DNA of 63,815 bases, filler included, from Octopus bimaculoides (GCF_001194135.2; 7 parts of 6 records of this genome joined end to end with filler, not necessarily neighbours in it), one strand, 5' to 3'; counted from the whole stretch's first letter, positions 51,459 to 62,377 are shown. Program-made: numbers and translations. Notes: generated by a model not told the origin, from the sequence alone.

Positions 51459-51837
51459 GTGGAGGTGCAATGGCCCAGTTGTTAGGGCAGCGGACTCGCG
51501 GTCATAGGATCGCGGTTTCGATTCCCAGACCGGGCGTTGTGAGTGTTTATTGAGTGAAAACACCTAAAGATCCACGAGGCTCCGGCAGGGGATGGTGGCG
51601 AACCCTGCTGTACTCTTTCACCACAACTTTCTCTCACTCTTACTTCCTGTTTCTGTTGTACCTGTATTTCAAAGGGCCAGCCTTGTCACACTGTGCCACA
51701 CTGAATATCCCCGAGAACTACGTTAAGGGTACACGTGTCTGTGGAGTGCTCAGCCACTTGCACGTTAATTTCACGAGCAAGCTGTTCCGTTAATCGGATA
51801 AACTGGAACCCTCGTCGTCGCAACCGACGGAGTGCCA
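51459..51837 (+). mobile_element. SINE-C, full length
   Basis: Head as at 46101; tail GACGGAGTGCCA. Confidence 0.95.
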
Positions 51838-51909
51838 CGATATGTAGTATGTATGTAGATACACACATACGTACATACATACACACATATATAATATTGT
51901 TGTTGTTGT

Positions 51910-52138
51910 TGGCACTCCGTCGCTCACGACGTCGAGGGTTCCAGTTGATCCGATCAACGGAACAGCCTGCTCGTGAAATTAACGTGCAAGTGGCTGAGCA
52001 CTCCACAGACACGTGTACCCTTAACGTAGTTCTCGGGGAGATTCAGCATGACACAGTGTGACAAGGCTGGCCCTTTGAAATACAGGTACAACAGAAACAG
52101 GAAGTAAGAGCTTTAGGTGTTTTTTTTTCGCTCAATAA
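51910..52138 (-). mobile_element. SINE-C, inverted tail-to-tail with 51459-51837
   Basis: ~200 bp reverse-complement match to 51637-51837. Confidence 0.95.
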
Positions 52139-52238
52139 NNNNNNNNNNNNNNNNNNNNNNNNNNNNNNNNNNNNNNNNNNNNTTAATTAATTAANNNNNN
52201 NNNNNNNNNNNNNNNNNNNNNNNNNNNNNNNNNNNNNN

Positions 52239-52273
<35 letters not shown>

Positions 52274-52609
52274 GTATATAATATTTATGTGTATGTGTGT
52301 GTGTAATTAGGAAAAGCAAATTATTATTTATTTGTTTTATTAGAAACTATGCTGTAATTAATACTCCTTAAACAGTGATGCTGCTGCTGCTGTTGCTGCT
52401 AATTTCCAGTCTAGACTAAAATCTTGTTAAGCAAACAAACCTTTACAAAATTCATCAAAATAATGAGTGAAAGTTTATGTGGTCATCGACTTATTAGCTA
52501 TAGAAGCTAAATCCCATTGAGTTACACTTTGTTGTCTTAGAAGTACAAACATGCATTGGATAATGTAACCATGGCTACAGGGCTGATTAAGACCCGTAGA
52601 GGCCCTTAA

Positions 52610-52821
52610 CCCTTTTGTTACCGTATTTCTCTTGAGATGCTCTGTGTTCCTGTCAATTAATTTTAAATATATCAAAGGATTTAGTAAAATATCATTAAGC
52701 CAGTGTTAGGAACATTAATTGTGACTAAGGTTTGGGGGAAGATTTTAATTCAAAACTTCTGAAAACAAGACATTTGTACTCAAAGCCAGAGGCGGATTCA
52801 GCTGGATTGGTATCAAAAGGG
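52610..52821 (+). mobile_element. piggyBac-type MITE copy 1
   Basis: TTAA | CCCTTTTGTTACC ... GGTATCAAAAGGG | TTAA. Confidence 0.9.
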
Positions 52822-52902
52822 TTAATACAAGTCAAATATGGTAACAAAGTTACCATATTTAACACAGAGAGTATTAAAATGTTACCATATTATCATATTT
52901 AA

Positions 52903-53124
52903 CCCTTTTGTTACCATATTTCTGTTGAGATGCTCTGTATTTCTTTCAATTAATTTAAAGTATATCAAAGAATTTAGTAAAATAACTTAGTTATCATTAA
53001 GCTTGTGTTAGGAACATAAATTGTGACTAAGGTTTAGGGGAAGATTTTAATCCAAAACTTATGGAAACAAGACAGTTGTACTACAGAGACAGAGGTGGTT
53101 TTAGGTAGTTTGGTATTGAAAAGG
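52903..53124 (+). mobile_element. piggyBac-type MITE copy 2
   Basis: TTAA | CCCTTTTGTTACC ... GGTATTGAAAAGG | TTAA; body homologous to copy 1. Confidence 0.9.
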
Positions 53125-53660
53125 TTAAACACTTTAAACATTTTGGTGCCGCCAAATATTTGTGATTCAAAATATAAACAATATTAAACCATAAAATATA
53201 TTTTTATTTTTCAAAATCAAACAAAACTAACAGTGAGATGGAAAATAATGTTGATTTTTGTATATTTCCACTTTATATCTGAAAAGTTTTCTCCTACTTT
53301 TTTAATTACGAAGTCTTTGATCAAATCCTCACCATCAACACGGAATTATATTTCTGCTCAATAAACCACTTTGGATATTATTTCAACAAGTTTAAAATGA
53401 TGTCTTTTGTGCTGTAAACCACTTACTATTTCTGTGGTGCTCCACTTCTCTTGATGCTCTAAGCATGTGCTTCTTTTGGTTAATGGTCAATCCAGCACTT
53501 CATGACTACCTTTAAAAACAAGAAGGTCACATCTTGAAGAAGCTATTAAACAGACATTCAAAGATGTAGAATAGATAAAACCAATAATAGTATTTGTATT
53601 CCAGCTCTTTACATTCTCATTTCAAACCCTTACTCAGGTCATTTTGTTTTTCATCTTCAG

Positions 53661-53721
53661 GATTGATAAGATAACGTACCAGCTAAACACTAAATACAAT
53701 GATATTGTAGCAGTAATTTGA
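53661..53721 (+). CDS. Candidate terminal exon (x)IDKITYQLNTKYNDIVAVI*
   Basis: Strong acceptor ATTTTGTTTTTCATCTTCAG at 53641-60, then 19 open codons and TGA. No homology recognised. Confidence 0.25.
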
Positions 53722-54476
53722 AACTAAACCACTAGGTGGCCAACCAGACATCACAATTAAACCAGTTGCTTCAAGTGATTGGTGTATTGAGCAACCAATC
53801 AGCGTTAACCCATTGCATAATTCAATCTTCTAGAATCATGCCCTATAAAATGGTGGTTTTTAACAGTAGTAGCAGAATGCTGAGGCAGCCACATCTGTCT
53901 CCTGTCTTGCCACATCCAGCCAGTTAAGACAAATGGCTAATAGTAGATAGGAATTTACATCTCCACGAATATAACACAGTTATTTTCCAGTCACGATGGG
54001 TCAGCCACAAATTGCTGTATCAGTAAAACTTGTTGCAAACTCCAAGCAGTACACCTCTCACAGTATTTAATTACTACTGGTTAGTATTTGTAAAAGACCA
54101 ACACAGTTAAAACTCTAAGTGCAGTAATGCGTTGTCAGTTATTTCTTCACATGACCCGAGAAATACGAGTCGTCAACTCAGATCAGCCAACAACACCAAC
54201 AACAACAACACTACAACTCGTGACAGTATTAACTCCTCCCATCTCATGAAAATTCCTGACCTCATGGCTAAATTAGAAACAGTTATCAATTACATATCTA
54301 TGTATTAGGGTGAAGCCAAATGGCCTTGTGGTTTGGGTGTTGCAGACATGATTGCAAGATTGTGGTTTTGATTCCTGGATTTGAATAATTTGATTCCAGG
54401 ATTTAAATAACGGATATTCAGGGCTTTGTCCAATGGTTTAAAAAATAATTGTTTAGATTCATTTAATATACTATGT

Positions 54477-54690
54477 GGAGACACATGGCTTAGAGGTTAG
54501 GGTGTTAGACTCATGACTGTAAGATTGTGGTTTGGATTTCTGAACTGGGTGATGTGTTGTGTCCTTGAGCAAAACACTTCATTTCATGTTGCTCCAGTCC
54601 ACTCAGCTGGTAAAAAGGAGTAATTCTATGATGGGTCAAGATCCTGTTTAAAGAGGAATATAGATGCCAGAGAAACCAGGAAACTGGAAT
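54477..54690 (+). mobile_element. CpG-decayed tRNA-derived SINE
   Basis: GGAGACACATGGCTTAGAGGTTAGGGTGTT...GTGTTGTGTCCTTGAGCAAAACACTTCATTTCATGTTGCTCCAGTCCACTCAGCTGG. Confidence 0.75.
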
Positions 54691-54775
54691 GTAAATGCCA
54701 GAGAAACCAGGAAACAGAGTAATGAGGACTAACCACCAACCACTTATATATATATACATATACATACAAATATAT

Positions 54776-54844
<69 letters not shown>

Positions 54845-54849
54845 GCTGC

Positions 54850-54995
54850 TATTAGTTTCTGTCTACCAAATTCACTGATAAGACTAAGACTTTGATCAGC
54901 CCAAGGCTTTGACCAAGGTGCCACACAGTGGGACTGAACCTGGTACTGGAACCCTGTGGTTGGGAAGCAAACTTTTTACCCAACAGCCACGCCTG
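54850..54995 (-). mobile_element. CpG-decayed SINE-A head
   Basis: CCAAGGTGCCACACAGTGGGACTGAACCTGG (consensus CCACGCAG...AACCCGG). Confidence 0.8.
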
Positions 54996-55043
54996 ATATA
55001 TGTGTTTATTTAAAGAAATCATATAGAAATTAATACTCTTTAA

Positions 55044-55265
55044 CCATTTTGATACCAACCCGGCTGAAACTACCTCTGGCTGTGTAGTACATATGTCTCA
55101 TTTTCAAAAATTCTGAATAAAAATCTTCCACTAAACCTTAGTCGCAATTTATGTTCCTAACACTAGCTTAATGATAACTAAGTTATTTTACTAAATTCTT
55201 TGTTATATTTAAAATTAATTGAAAGAAGCACAGAGCATCTCAACAGAAATATGGTAACAAAAGGG
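55044..55265 (-). mobile_element. piggyBac-type MITE copy 3 (inverted)
   Basis: TTAA | CCATTTTGATACC ... GGTAACAAAAGGG | TTAA. Confidence 0.9.
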
Positions 55266-56368
55266 TTAAGCTGTTTTGGCTGCTGCTGCTGCTACTGCTG
55301 CTTATATGTAGTTATAGAGTCAAAGCCCATTAGGCAAATAAACCTTTGCAAACTTTGTTGGAACAAGTTGTGTGGGTTACCCTTCCTTCTCACCCCTACC
55401 CGATATCATTACAACCAGTTAGCTGCTCTTCATTTATTACAACCTGCCAATGTACTGTAAGCCTCTCCCCTACCTTTTCCACTCCTAGGAATTTATACAT
55501 TCCAATATCCACTCCCCCACCCCCTTCCTGATTACATTAATTACTGACACAGCCAGTTTTCTGTACACCTCACTCCATCCCCCTCTCAATATAATGAATA
55601 CGTTCCTTTTCCGTTTCTAGGGAATCCATACATTACAAACAAAACTAACAGCCTCCCATAAGCACCCCCACTACCACCTTACTTAACTTCACACTTTCAG
55701 CACCCTCAACTGGATTATAGAGAGATGTGAGCATGTGAGCCATAGTAGAGGCAATCCCAACAAGAAGGGCAGAAGCTCTGTAAATTCTACATGGATAAGG
55801 TGTGGTTTCCATAAACCACATTATGAAAAAAAACTTTTCTAGGAGAGCAACAATGCTGAATAAGACCTAACACAGAGTAGAGGGGACACATTAGTTCTGA
55901 CTGAAAAAAAAAAAATCCTCAAGTGCTGAAGGCATGATAAAATGTACTCCATCATTTGTTGTGAGGTGGTATAAAAAAAACACATCTAAGTGAAAAAAAC
56001 AAGCCAAAAAATCATGACTGTTGAATCAATGAAAAACATTAATTGCCTAAACAGAGCTACAGTAATCTCTTTCTGATGTACACAGAGTCAGGTGAAACAC
56101 CTGGTTAGATGTGAAAATCTTTTACCCAATAATATTGTTAAAGTGTGTGCTGCCCAAGCAGGCCCTGTATATGATGCTACAATCCCCAAGCCTCCAAGCT
56201 GATACAGGTTTATACAGCAGACTCAAAAGTANNNNNNNNNNNNNNNNNNNNNNNNNNNNNNNNNNGCAGAAAAAACATTGTCTGGGGTAGATTGCTTTTC
56301 CTCAGCCTCCTCTAACTACACAACTGCTTTTATGCATCAACAAATGTTTGCACATATTTTCTCTTCAG

Positions 56369-56468
56369 AAACAGAAAACATACATCAAACAACAATCTAC
56401 ATACCACACGAAACAAAAGTAGCACACACAAAACTTCAGGGCAACCACAAATGCTATTGTTATGAAAG
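56369..56468 (+). other. Candidate internal/5' exon, 100 nt
   Basis: TTTTCTCTTCAG acceptor and AG|GTAAGT donor. One frame is open throughout (TENIHQTTIYIPHETKVAHTKLQGNHKCYCYE); alternatively ATGAAAG at the 3' end could be a start. Confidence 0.4.
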
Positions 56469-56764
56469 GTAAGTAAGAAGAGATTGTAGACACACTGGTG
56501 CAAAGATGGACAGGCGTGAACTATGTATAAGTGATTAGATGGAAGGTAGCCTCAACCAGATTTCTTATGGGCAAGGAACACAAGTGCAAATTGTCTCTCT
56601 CTTTTCTTCTTCCTCTCTCCTTTACTCTCTCTTTTCCTCTTCCTCTCTCCTTTCCTTCCCAAATAGGGTAAGCCATGTGTCATCTCTACAGCAAGATATT
56701 TATTTCTGTACCTCTATCACACTCTAACTGTTCATCGTTTGGCACAAAGCCAACCTCCTCAGTT

Positions 56765-56985
56765 GAGGTGGGGTCTTGCCGTGCAAGTTACTTGGTGACC
56801 TCACTAGTGCTGGTGCCACATAAAAAGCACCTAGTACACTCTGGAAAGTGTTAGGAAGGGCATCCAGCTGTAGAAATCATGCCAACATAGACAAGAAAGC
56901 TTGGTGCAGCCTTATCATGTACCAGCTCCTGTCAAACCATTCAACTTGTGCCAAAGCAGACTTTAAATGATAATGATGATGACAG
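56765..56985 (+). mobile_element. CpG-decayed retroposon 3' part ending in (GAT)n
   Basis: GTTAGGAAGGGCATCCAGCTGTAGAAA.CATGCCAA...GTCAAACC...AAATGATAATGATGATGA. A related tail with CpG intact (GCATGGAAAGCGGACGTTAAA) is at ~57862. Confidence 0.6.
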
Positions 56986-57822
56986 TATACACACACACAC
57001 ACACACGCACACACACACACACACACTCACTCACTCACAAACATGTGTGTTTGTGAGCATGTGTGTGTGTGGTTATGTGTGAGAAAGGAAGCAAGAGTTC
57101 TTGTATATGCTCTGACATTACTAAACTCCCTTAGCATATGTGTGTACAAACACATGCACTAACATACTTTCATGCACACACACACATACACATACAGGAG
57201 CAATATGCAAAAGAAAAAGTAAAAAAACTAATCTAAAATATACAGACCAGAATTTAACCAATCAGCCCTATCAATGTCACCCCACCCACCCCATCCCACT
57301 CAACCTAATAAAAGAAAGCTGACTTCATTAACTCTATTGTCACACAGTTGTACTCTGGCCCTTAATTCTACCAAAGTAAACCAAATACTCAGCCAATGGC
57401 TTGTGTAGCCTTACCAAACACCTTGTGGCACTATTGTTCTAATATCAACACCATATCTTGCAATAGCTTCAGTTCAGTATGGCTTCATCACAGCTCTGAT
57501 AAACATTTCCTTTGCTATACTTCCTGTATCTAGTGTCTTGTTACATGTAACTTTTTTTTTATTTATTTCAATTCGGTTGCTTTTTAATGAATGAATGTTT
57601 GTTGTATATCGCAGTCTGCAGTTAGTTGTTTTTATTTTTGTTGTTGTTGTTTTGTCCTCGAACTGCCCTGATTTAGAATTTCTATGATCAAAAGCATCCC
57701 AGCTCAGACCATTTTGTTTTTCCTTGGTATCGTGTTGCTGTAGACTACATTCTCCAATCTGTCCTTTTCAAGATGGTAAGGTATGACTTGCAGAAGATAT
57801 TTTTTTCTTTTATTCACACACA

Positions 57823-57854
<32 letters not shown>

Positions 57855-57925
57855 CCCATGCTAGCATGGAAAGCGGACGTTAAACGAAGATATATAGCTA
57901 TATACTTTATTTAAAAGCAGCAGAA

Positions 57926-58068
57926 ATATAACAAAAAACTGTTACTTGGAGTTTCACATTCCCGTTTATCAGACAGTTTTGTTAGAAATGGGAAAAACTT
58001 ACCCATTTCTAACAAAACTGTCCGATGAACAGGAAAATGAAACTCCAAATAACAGTTTTTTGTTATAT
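57926..58068. repeat. 67-bp-arm palindrome (9-nt loop) carrying inverted minimal hammerhead-like motifs
   Basis: Arms 57926-57992 and 58002-58068 have 6 mismatches by hand count. The right arm runs into a gap. Confidence 0.9.
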
Positions 58069-58169
58069 NNNNNNNNNNNNNNNNNNNNNNNNNNNNNNNN
58101 NNNNNNNNNNNNTTAATTAATTAANNNNNNNNNNNNNNNNNNNNNNNNNNNNNNNNNNNNNNNNNNNNA

Positions 58170-58502
58170 CTCTTTACTCTTTTATTTGTTTCAGTCATTT
58201 GACTGCGGCCATGCTGGAGCACCACCTTTAGTCGAGCAAATCGACTCCAGGACTTATTCTTTGTAAGCCTAGTACTTATTCTATCGGTCTCTATTGCCGA
58301 ACCGCTAAGTGACGGGGACATAAACACACCAGCATCGGCTGTCAAGCAATGCTAGGGGGACAAATACAGACACACAAACACACACACACACACACATATA
58401 TATATACATATACATATATACGACGGGCTTCTTTCAGTTTCCGTCTACCAACCATGTGGTTGGTAAGCAAGCTACTTACCACACAGCCACTCCTGCGCCT
58501 AT
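58170..58502 (-). mobile_element. SINE-A with deletion in the 5' half
   Basis: Reverse complement of the 59016-59436 consensus. Confidence 0.9.
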
Positions 58503-58907
58503 AGTATGTAATCTACAAGCATGTTTCTGGTATAGTTTATGATCTACATTAGTTCAAATGGTATAGCTTGTGATCTACACCGACTTTTTGATCTACGTTT
58601 AAAATTCATCTATTTACTCGACTTCCGGTTGGTTTCGTATGTAAACCAAAAAAACTTTTATGATTTAAACACTTTTGTTGGAAGATTTTAAGAACAAACG
58701 AGCAAAATCTCTTTATTGCATTTTAAAATGATATCCGCGCTGTTTACAAACAGTCGCAGTATTTATGTTTCTAGTATGAAATAAAAATCAAGAAAAATTC
58801 TTTTTTTTATTTTTTAAACGTTTAACCCACTCCTCTAATTATAATTGCAAATTTAGAACAAAATTTTTAATGTAGTCTAGGTTTAAGTTGCTGTAGATCA
58901 CATACTA
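58502..58907. mobile_element. MITE-like element with 16-bp TIRs and subterminal GATCTAC repeats
   Basis: TAGTATGTAATCTACA ... TGTAGATCACATACTA (15/16). Internal GGTATAG(T/C)TT(A/G)TGATCTACA x2. TSD not identified. Confidence 0.65.
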
Positions 58908-59015
58908 CACCGGACCCGCCGGGAGCTTACCTGTTGCCCTAAGGACGTTCGTCAGCTTAAGAGAACGATTACATTTAAACAAAATGCTTTTCTTTAATTT
59001 TTGTGAACAAAAATT

Positions 59016-59436
59016 ATAGGCGCAGGAGTGGCTGTGTGGTAAGTAGCTTGCTTACCAACCACATGGTTCCGGGTTCATTCCCACTGCGTGGCATCTTGGG
59101 CAAGTGTCTTCTACTATATCTTCGGGCCGACCAAAGCCTTGTGAGTGGATTTGGTAGACAGAAACTGAAAGAAGCCTGTCATGTGTGTGTATGTGTGTGT
59201 GTTTGTGTGTGTGTGTGTATATGTTTGTGTGTCTGTGTTTGTCCCCCAACATCGCTTGACAACCGATGCTGGTGTGTTTAGATCCCCGTAACTTAGCGGT
59301 TCGGCAAAAGATACCGATAGAATAAGTAGTAGGCTTACAAAGAATAAGTCCTGGAGTCGATTTGCTCGACTAAAGGCGGTGCTCCAGTATGGCCGCAGTC
59401 AAATGACTGAAACAACTTAAAAGAGTAAAAGAGTAA
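59016..59436 (+). mobile_element. SINE-A, full length (reference copy)
   Basis: ATAGGCGCAGGAGTGGCTGTGTGG head, internal (TG)n, and (AAAAGAGT)2 tail. Confidence 0.95.
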
Positions 59437-59454
59437 AGCACCAACTTCTCCTAC

Positions 59455-59775
59455 TTAAGGTTATCAGACGGTATCCAACATTCATCGGGTATGTTTCGAT
59501 CCTAAACCGTACCACCCATCCATCCGTTAGCAGGTCAGGTAATGGTGTTCAAATCACTACCCGTTTGCTCCTACAAGCTTCCAACAGAATTCCTCTCGTT
59601 CTTGCTCTATAACAAACAAGAGGCCTTTACAGTGACCCCGTTTTCGTACGACCAGCTGTCTTCCACTCTACTCTTGTAATTATGGTGGCCGTAAACATTC
59701 ATTCTTCATACAGACTGTACGGGAAATCCTCTACTATTGCCCTCGACAGGGAATAGCTGTACCTGCCATATATTC
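59455..59775 (-). mobile_element. HERO-like REL LINE 3' end
   Basis: Minus strand WQVQLFPVEGNSRGFPVQSV*RM ... KASCLL*SKNER resembles the HERO C-terminal PVE.G.RGF and ASxWLW motifs. Confidence 0.6.
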
Positions 59776-59807
59776 TCATTATTATTTTGCAAAATGTTTT
59801 GGCATTT

Positions 59808-59858
59808 GGCAGTCTTACGTTCATTGCAGTCTTACGTTCATGGCAGTCTTACGTTTCT
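59808..59858. repeat. 17-bp tandem repeat (GGCAGTCTTACGTTCAT) x3
   Basis: Read directly. Confidence 0.9.
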
Positions 59859-60083
59859 GCCTGTGAAACGCTTGCCAACATAACATAAATATAAGCTACT
59901 TTGCAGTTTAGTTAATTGCAGACACACGTTTTGTTTAATTTATCTAGCATGAAAAGTTTTGTGATGGTGGAGATATCCTCCTGTTATACTAATCATAAAT
60001 ATAAATAAATAAATAAACAAAATAAAACAATCGAATAAGACTAGCGAGGAGTTAGCAATGAGTTTTTGAAATTAATGGAGAAC

Positions 60084-60117
<34 letters not shown>

Positions 60118-60134
60118 TTATCTACACATACATG

Positions 60135-60178
<44 letters not shown>

Positions 60179-60412
60179 NNNNNNNNNNNNNNNNNNNNNN
60201 NNNNNNNNNNNNNNNNNNNNNNTTAATTAATTAANNNNNNNNNNNNNNNNNNNNNNNNNNNNNNNNNNNNNNNNNNNNTATATATATACACACATTGATA
60301 TACATATATACATATATACATGTATATATATATATATATTTATATATGGAGAGAGAGGGAGAGAGAAATATGCGTATGTTCATATACATACATATATATA
60401 AATGTGTGTGCG

Positions 60413-60486
<74 letters not shown>

Positions 60487-61099
60487 CATATATATATATA
60501 TGTACATATGTACATACACATGCATAATTACACACATAACGACAAACACACACCAACACACCTGCACACACACACATATATATATATATACACACATGCA
60601 TACATGCATACATACATACATATATATGTATGCATGTATGTATGTATATATGCATACAAAATTTGATTTTATAATATCTAATCAATGCTTGTGTGATTAA
60701 GAGAAAGTAATTTTCAGTGGAAGAGCGAAGGATTATCTCATTATTGTTTCTTTTCATTTTTCTTATCATTGAATAATTATTTCCTTTTGCAAATATTTTT
60801 TTTCCTTCTCCAAACAATGCTTAATGAAATAGCTCCATTTTGAAATTTACGTCCCTTACAGATGACAATTATTTTACTGGCATAAGAAAGATTAAGATGC
60901 TGACGGACGAAGATTATAACGATGACGATGATGATGACCGTGTTGATGACGACGACTACGATGACAGCCATGATAATGATTATGATGATAATAATGGTTA
61001 TTATAATCCTTTCTTCTATAGGTACAAGACCCCGAATTTTCGAGGAGGCGCACAGTCGATTGCTGTGGAGTTAAGTCAGAAACAGAGGAATTCATTTTA

Positions 61100-61250
61100 G
61101 CAGATCAGGGTTAATGTCTGGCCACCAGAAACCACCAAGAATGGATACTTTAAAAATGATGCTGATCTTGTCAACCGCTTTTGTGGAGCAGCCAAGGAAG
61201 CGATTGACCGCCTCGTCTCCGGATGCCCTATGCTTGCCTCAAATTAATAT
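61100..61250 (+). mobile_element. Decayed R4/Dong-like zinc-knuckle fragment
   Basis: RFCGAAKEAIDRLVSGCPMLASN*Y approximates CRLC...ETIDHLVSGCP.LA..EY. Confidence 0.6.
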
Positions 61251-61310
61251 GTTTATTTCCAGTGATGGAGGTGGCCAGTATTTTCACAGGAAAGGCGAGC
61301 TGGCAGAAAT

Positions 61311-61541
61311 GGCGGCGAGCTGGTAGAAACGTTAGCACGCCGGGCGAAATGCTTAGCGGTATTTCGTCTGCCGTTACGTTCTGAGTTCAAATTCCGCCGA
61401 GGTCTACTTTGCCTTTCATCCTTTCGGGGTCGATAAATTAAGTACCAGTTACGCATTGGGGTCGATGTAATCGACTTAATCCCTTTGTCTGTCCTTGTTT
61501 GTCTCCTCTATGTTTAGCCCCTTGTGGCCAATAAAGAAATA
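61311..61541 (+). mobile_element. SINE-B, full length (reference copy, tail type 2)
   Basis: GGCGGCGAGCTGGTAGAA (A-box-like)...GAGTTCAAATTCC (B-box-like). An 18-bp head duplicate lies immediately upstream. Confidence 0.95.
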
Positions 61542-61771
61542 TCTATTTTCACAGGAACGTACACCGTTAATCTGGACTCCATTATCAGGATTTCTATTTT
61601 ATTTTATCGACCGCAAAAGAATGAAAGACAAAGCTGAACTCGATGACATTTGAAATCACATGATAAAGATCCGTCAGAATTACCGCCAGGCATTTCGTCC
61701 GATGCTCTAACGATTCTGTCTGTTTGTTACCTGTTTGCACATAATGATAACAACAACAACATCTACAACAG

Positions 61772-61832
<61 letters not shown>

Positions 61833-61835
<3 letters not shown>

Positions 61836-61973
61836 GATCAATTATTGATCAATAAAGCCATAACTGAAGACAGCCGCAGAAAGAAGAAAGGCCTCAGTAT
61901 GGCCTGGGTGGACTACCAAAAGGCTTTCGACAGTGTTCCCCACACGTGGATTCTGGAAACACTAGCCATAAAC
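61833..61973 (+). mobile_element. R4/Dong-like RT fragment, 5' junction in (TAA)n
   Basis: KDQLLINKAITEDSRRKKKGLSMAWVDYQKAFDSVPHTWILETL with no stops; continues into a gap. Confidence 0.9.
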
Positions 61974-62313
61974 NNNNNNNNNNNNNNNNNNNNNNNNNNN
62001 NNNNNNNNNNNNNNNNNTTAATTAATTAANNNNNNNNNNNNNNNNNNNNNNNNNNNNNNNNNNNNNNNNNNNNGTGTGTGTGTGTTTCCGTTATTTCAGT
62101 TTCGTACAAGGCTGCGCTGGGTCGGCCTGGGGTTGGGTTGTTTTCGAGGGTCTTGGGTCGAACCTCTGAGTTCACTCAACTTTTTGACATAAGCATTATC
62201 TGTTTTCTTTATTCAACGTTTTGAGTTCTATACGAAATAGTTTGCACTGTTAAATCTATTGAATTATATTTATAATAAGATCTACCTACCTACCTACCTA
62301 CCTACCTACCTAC

Positions 62314-62377
<64 letters not shown>

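Noticed and set aside
59455-59520. GAAAC...CTGATAA on the minus strand of the HERO-like 3' UTR as a permuted hammerhead
   Set aside because: The core is imperfect and stem I cannot be formed convincingly.
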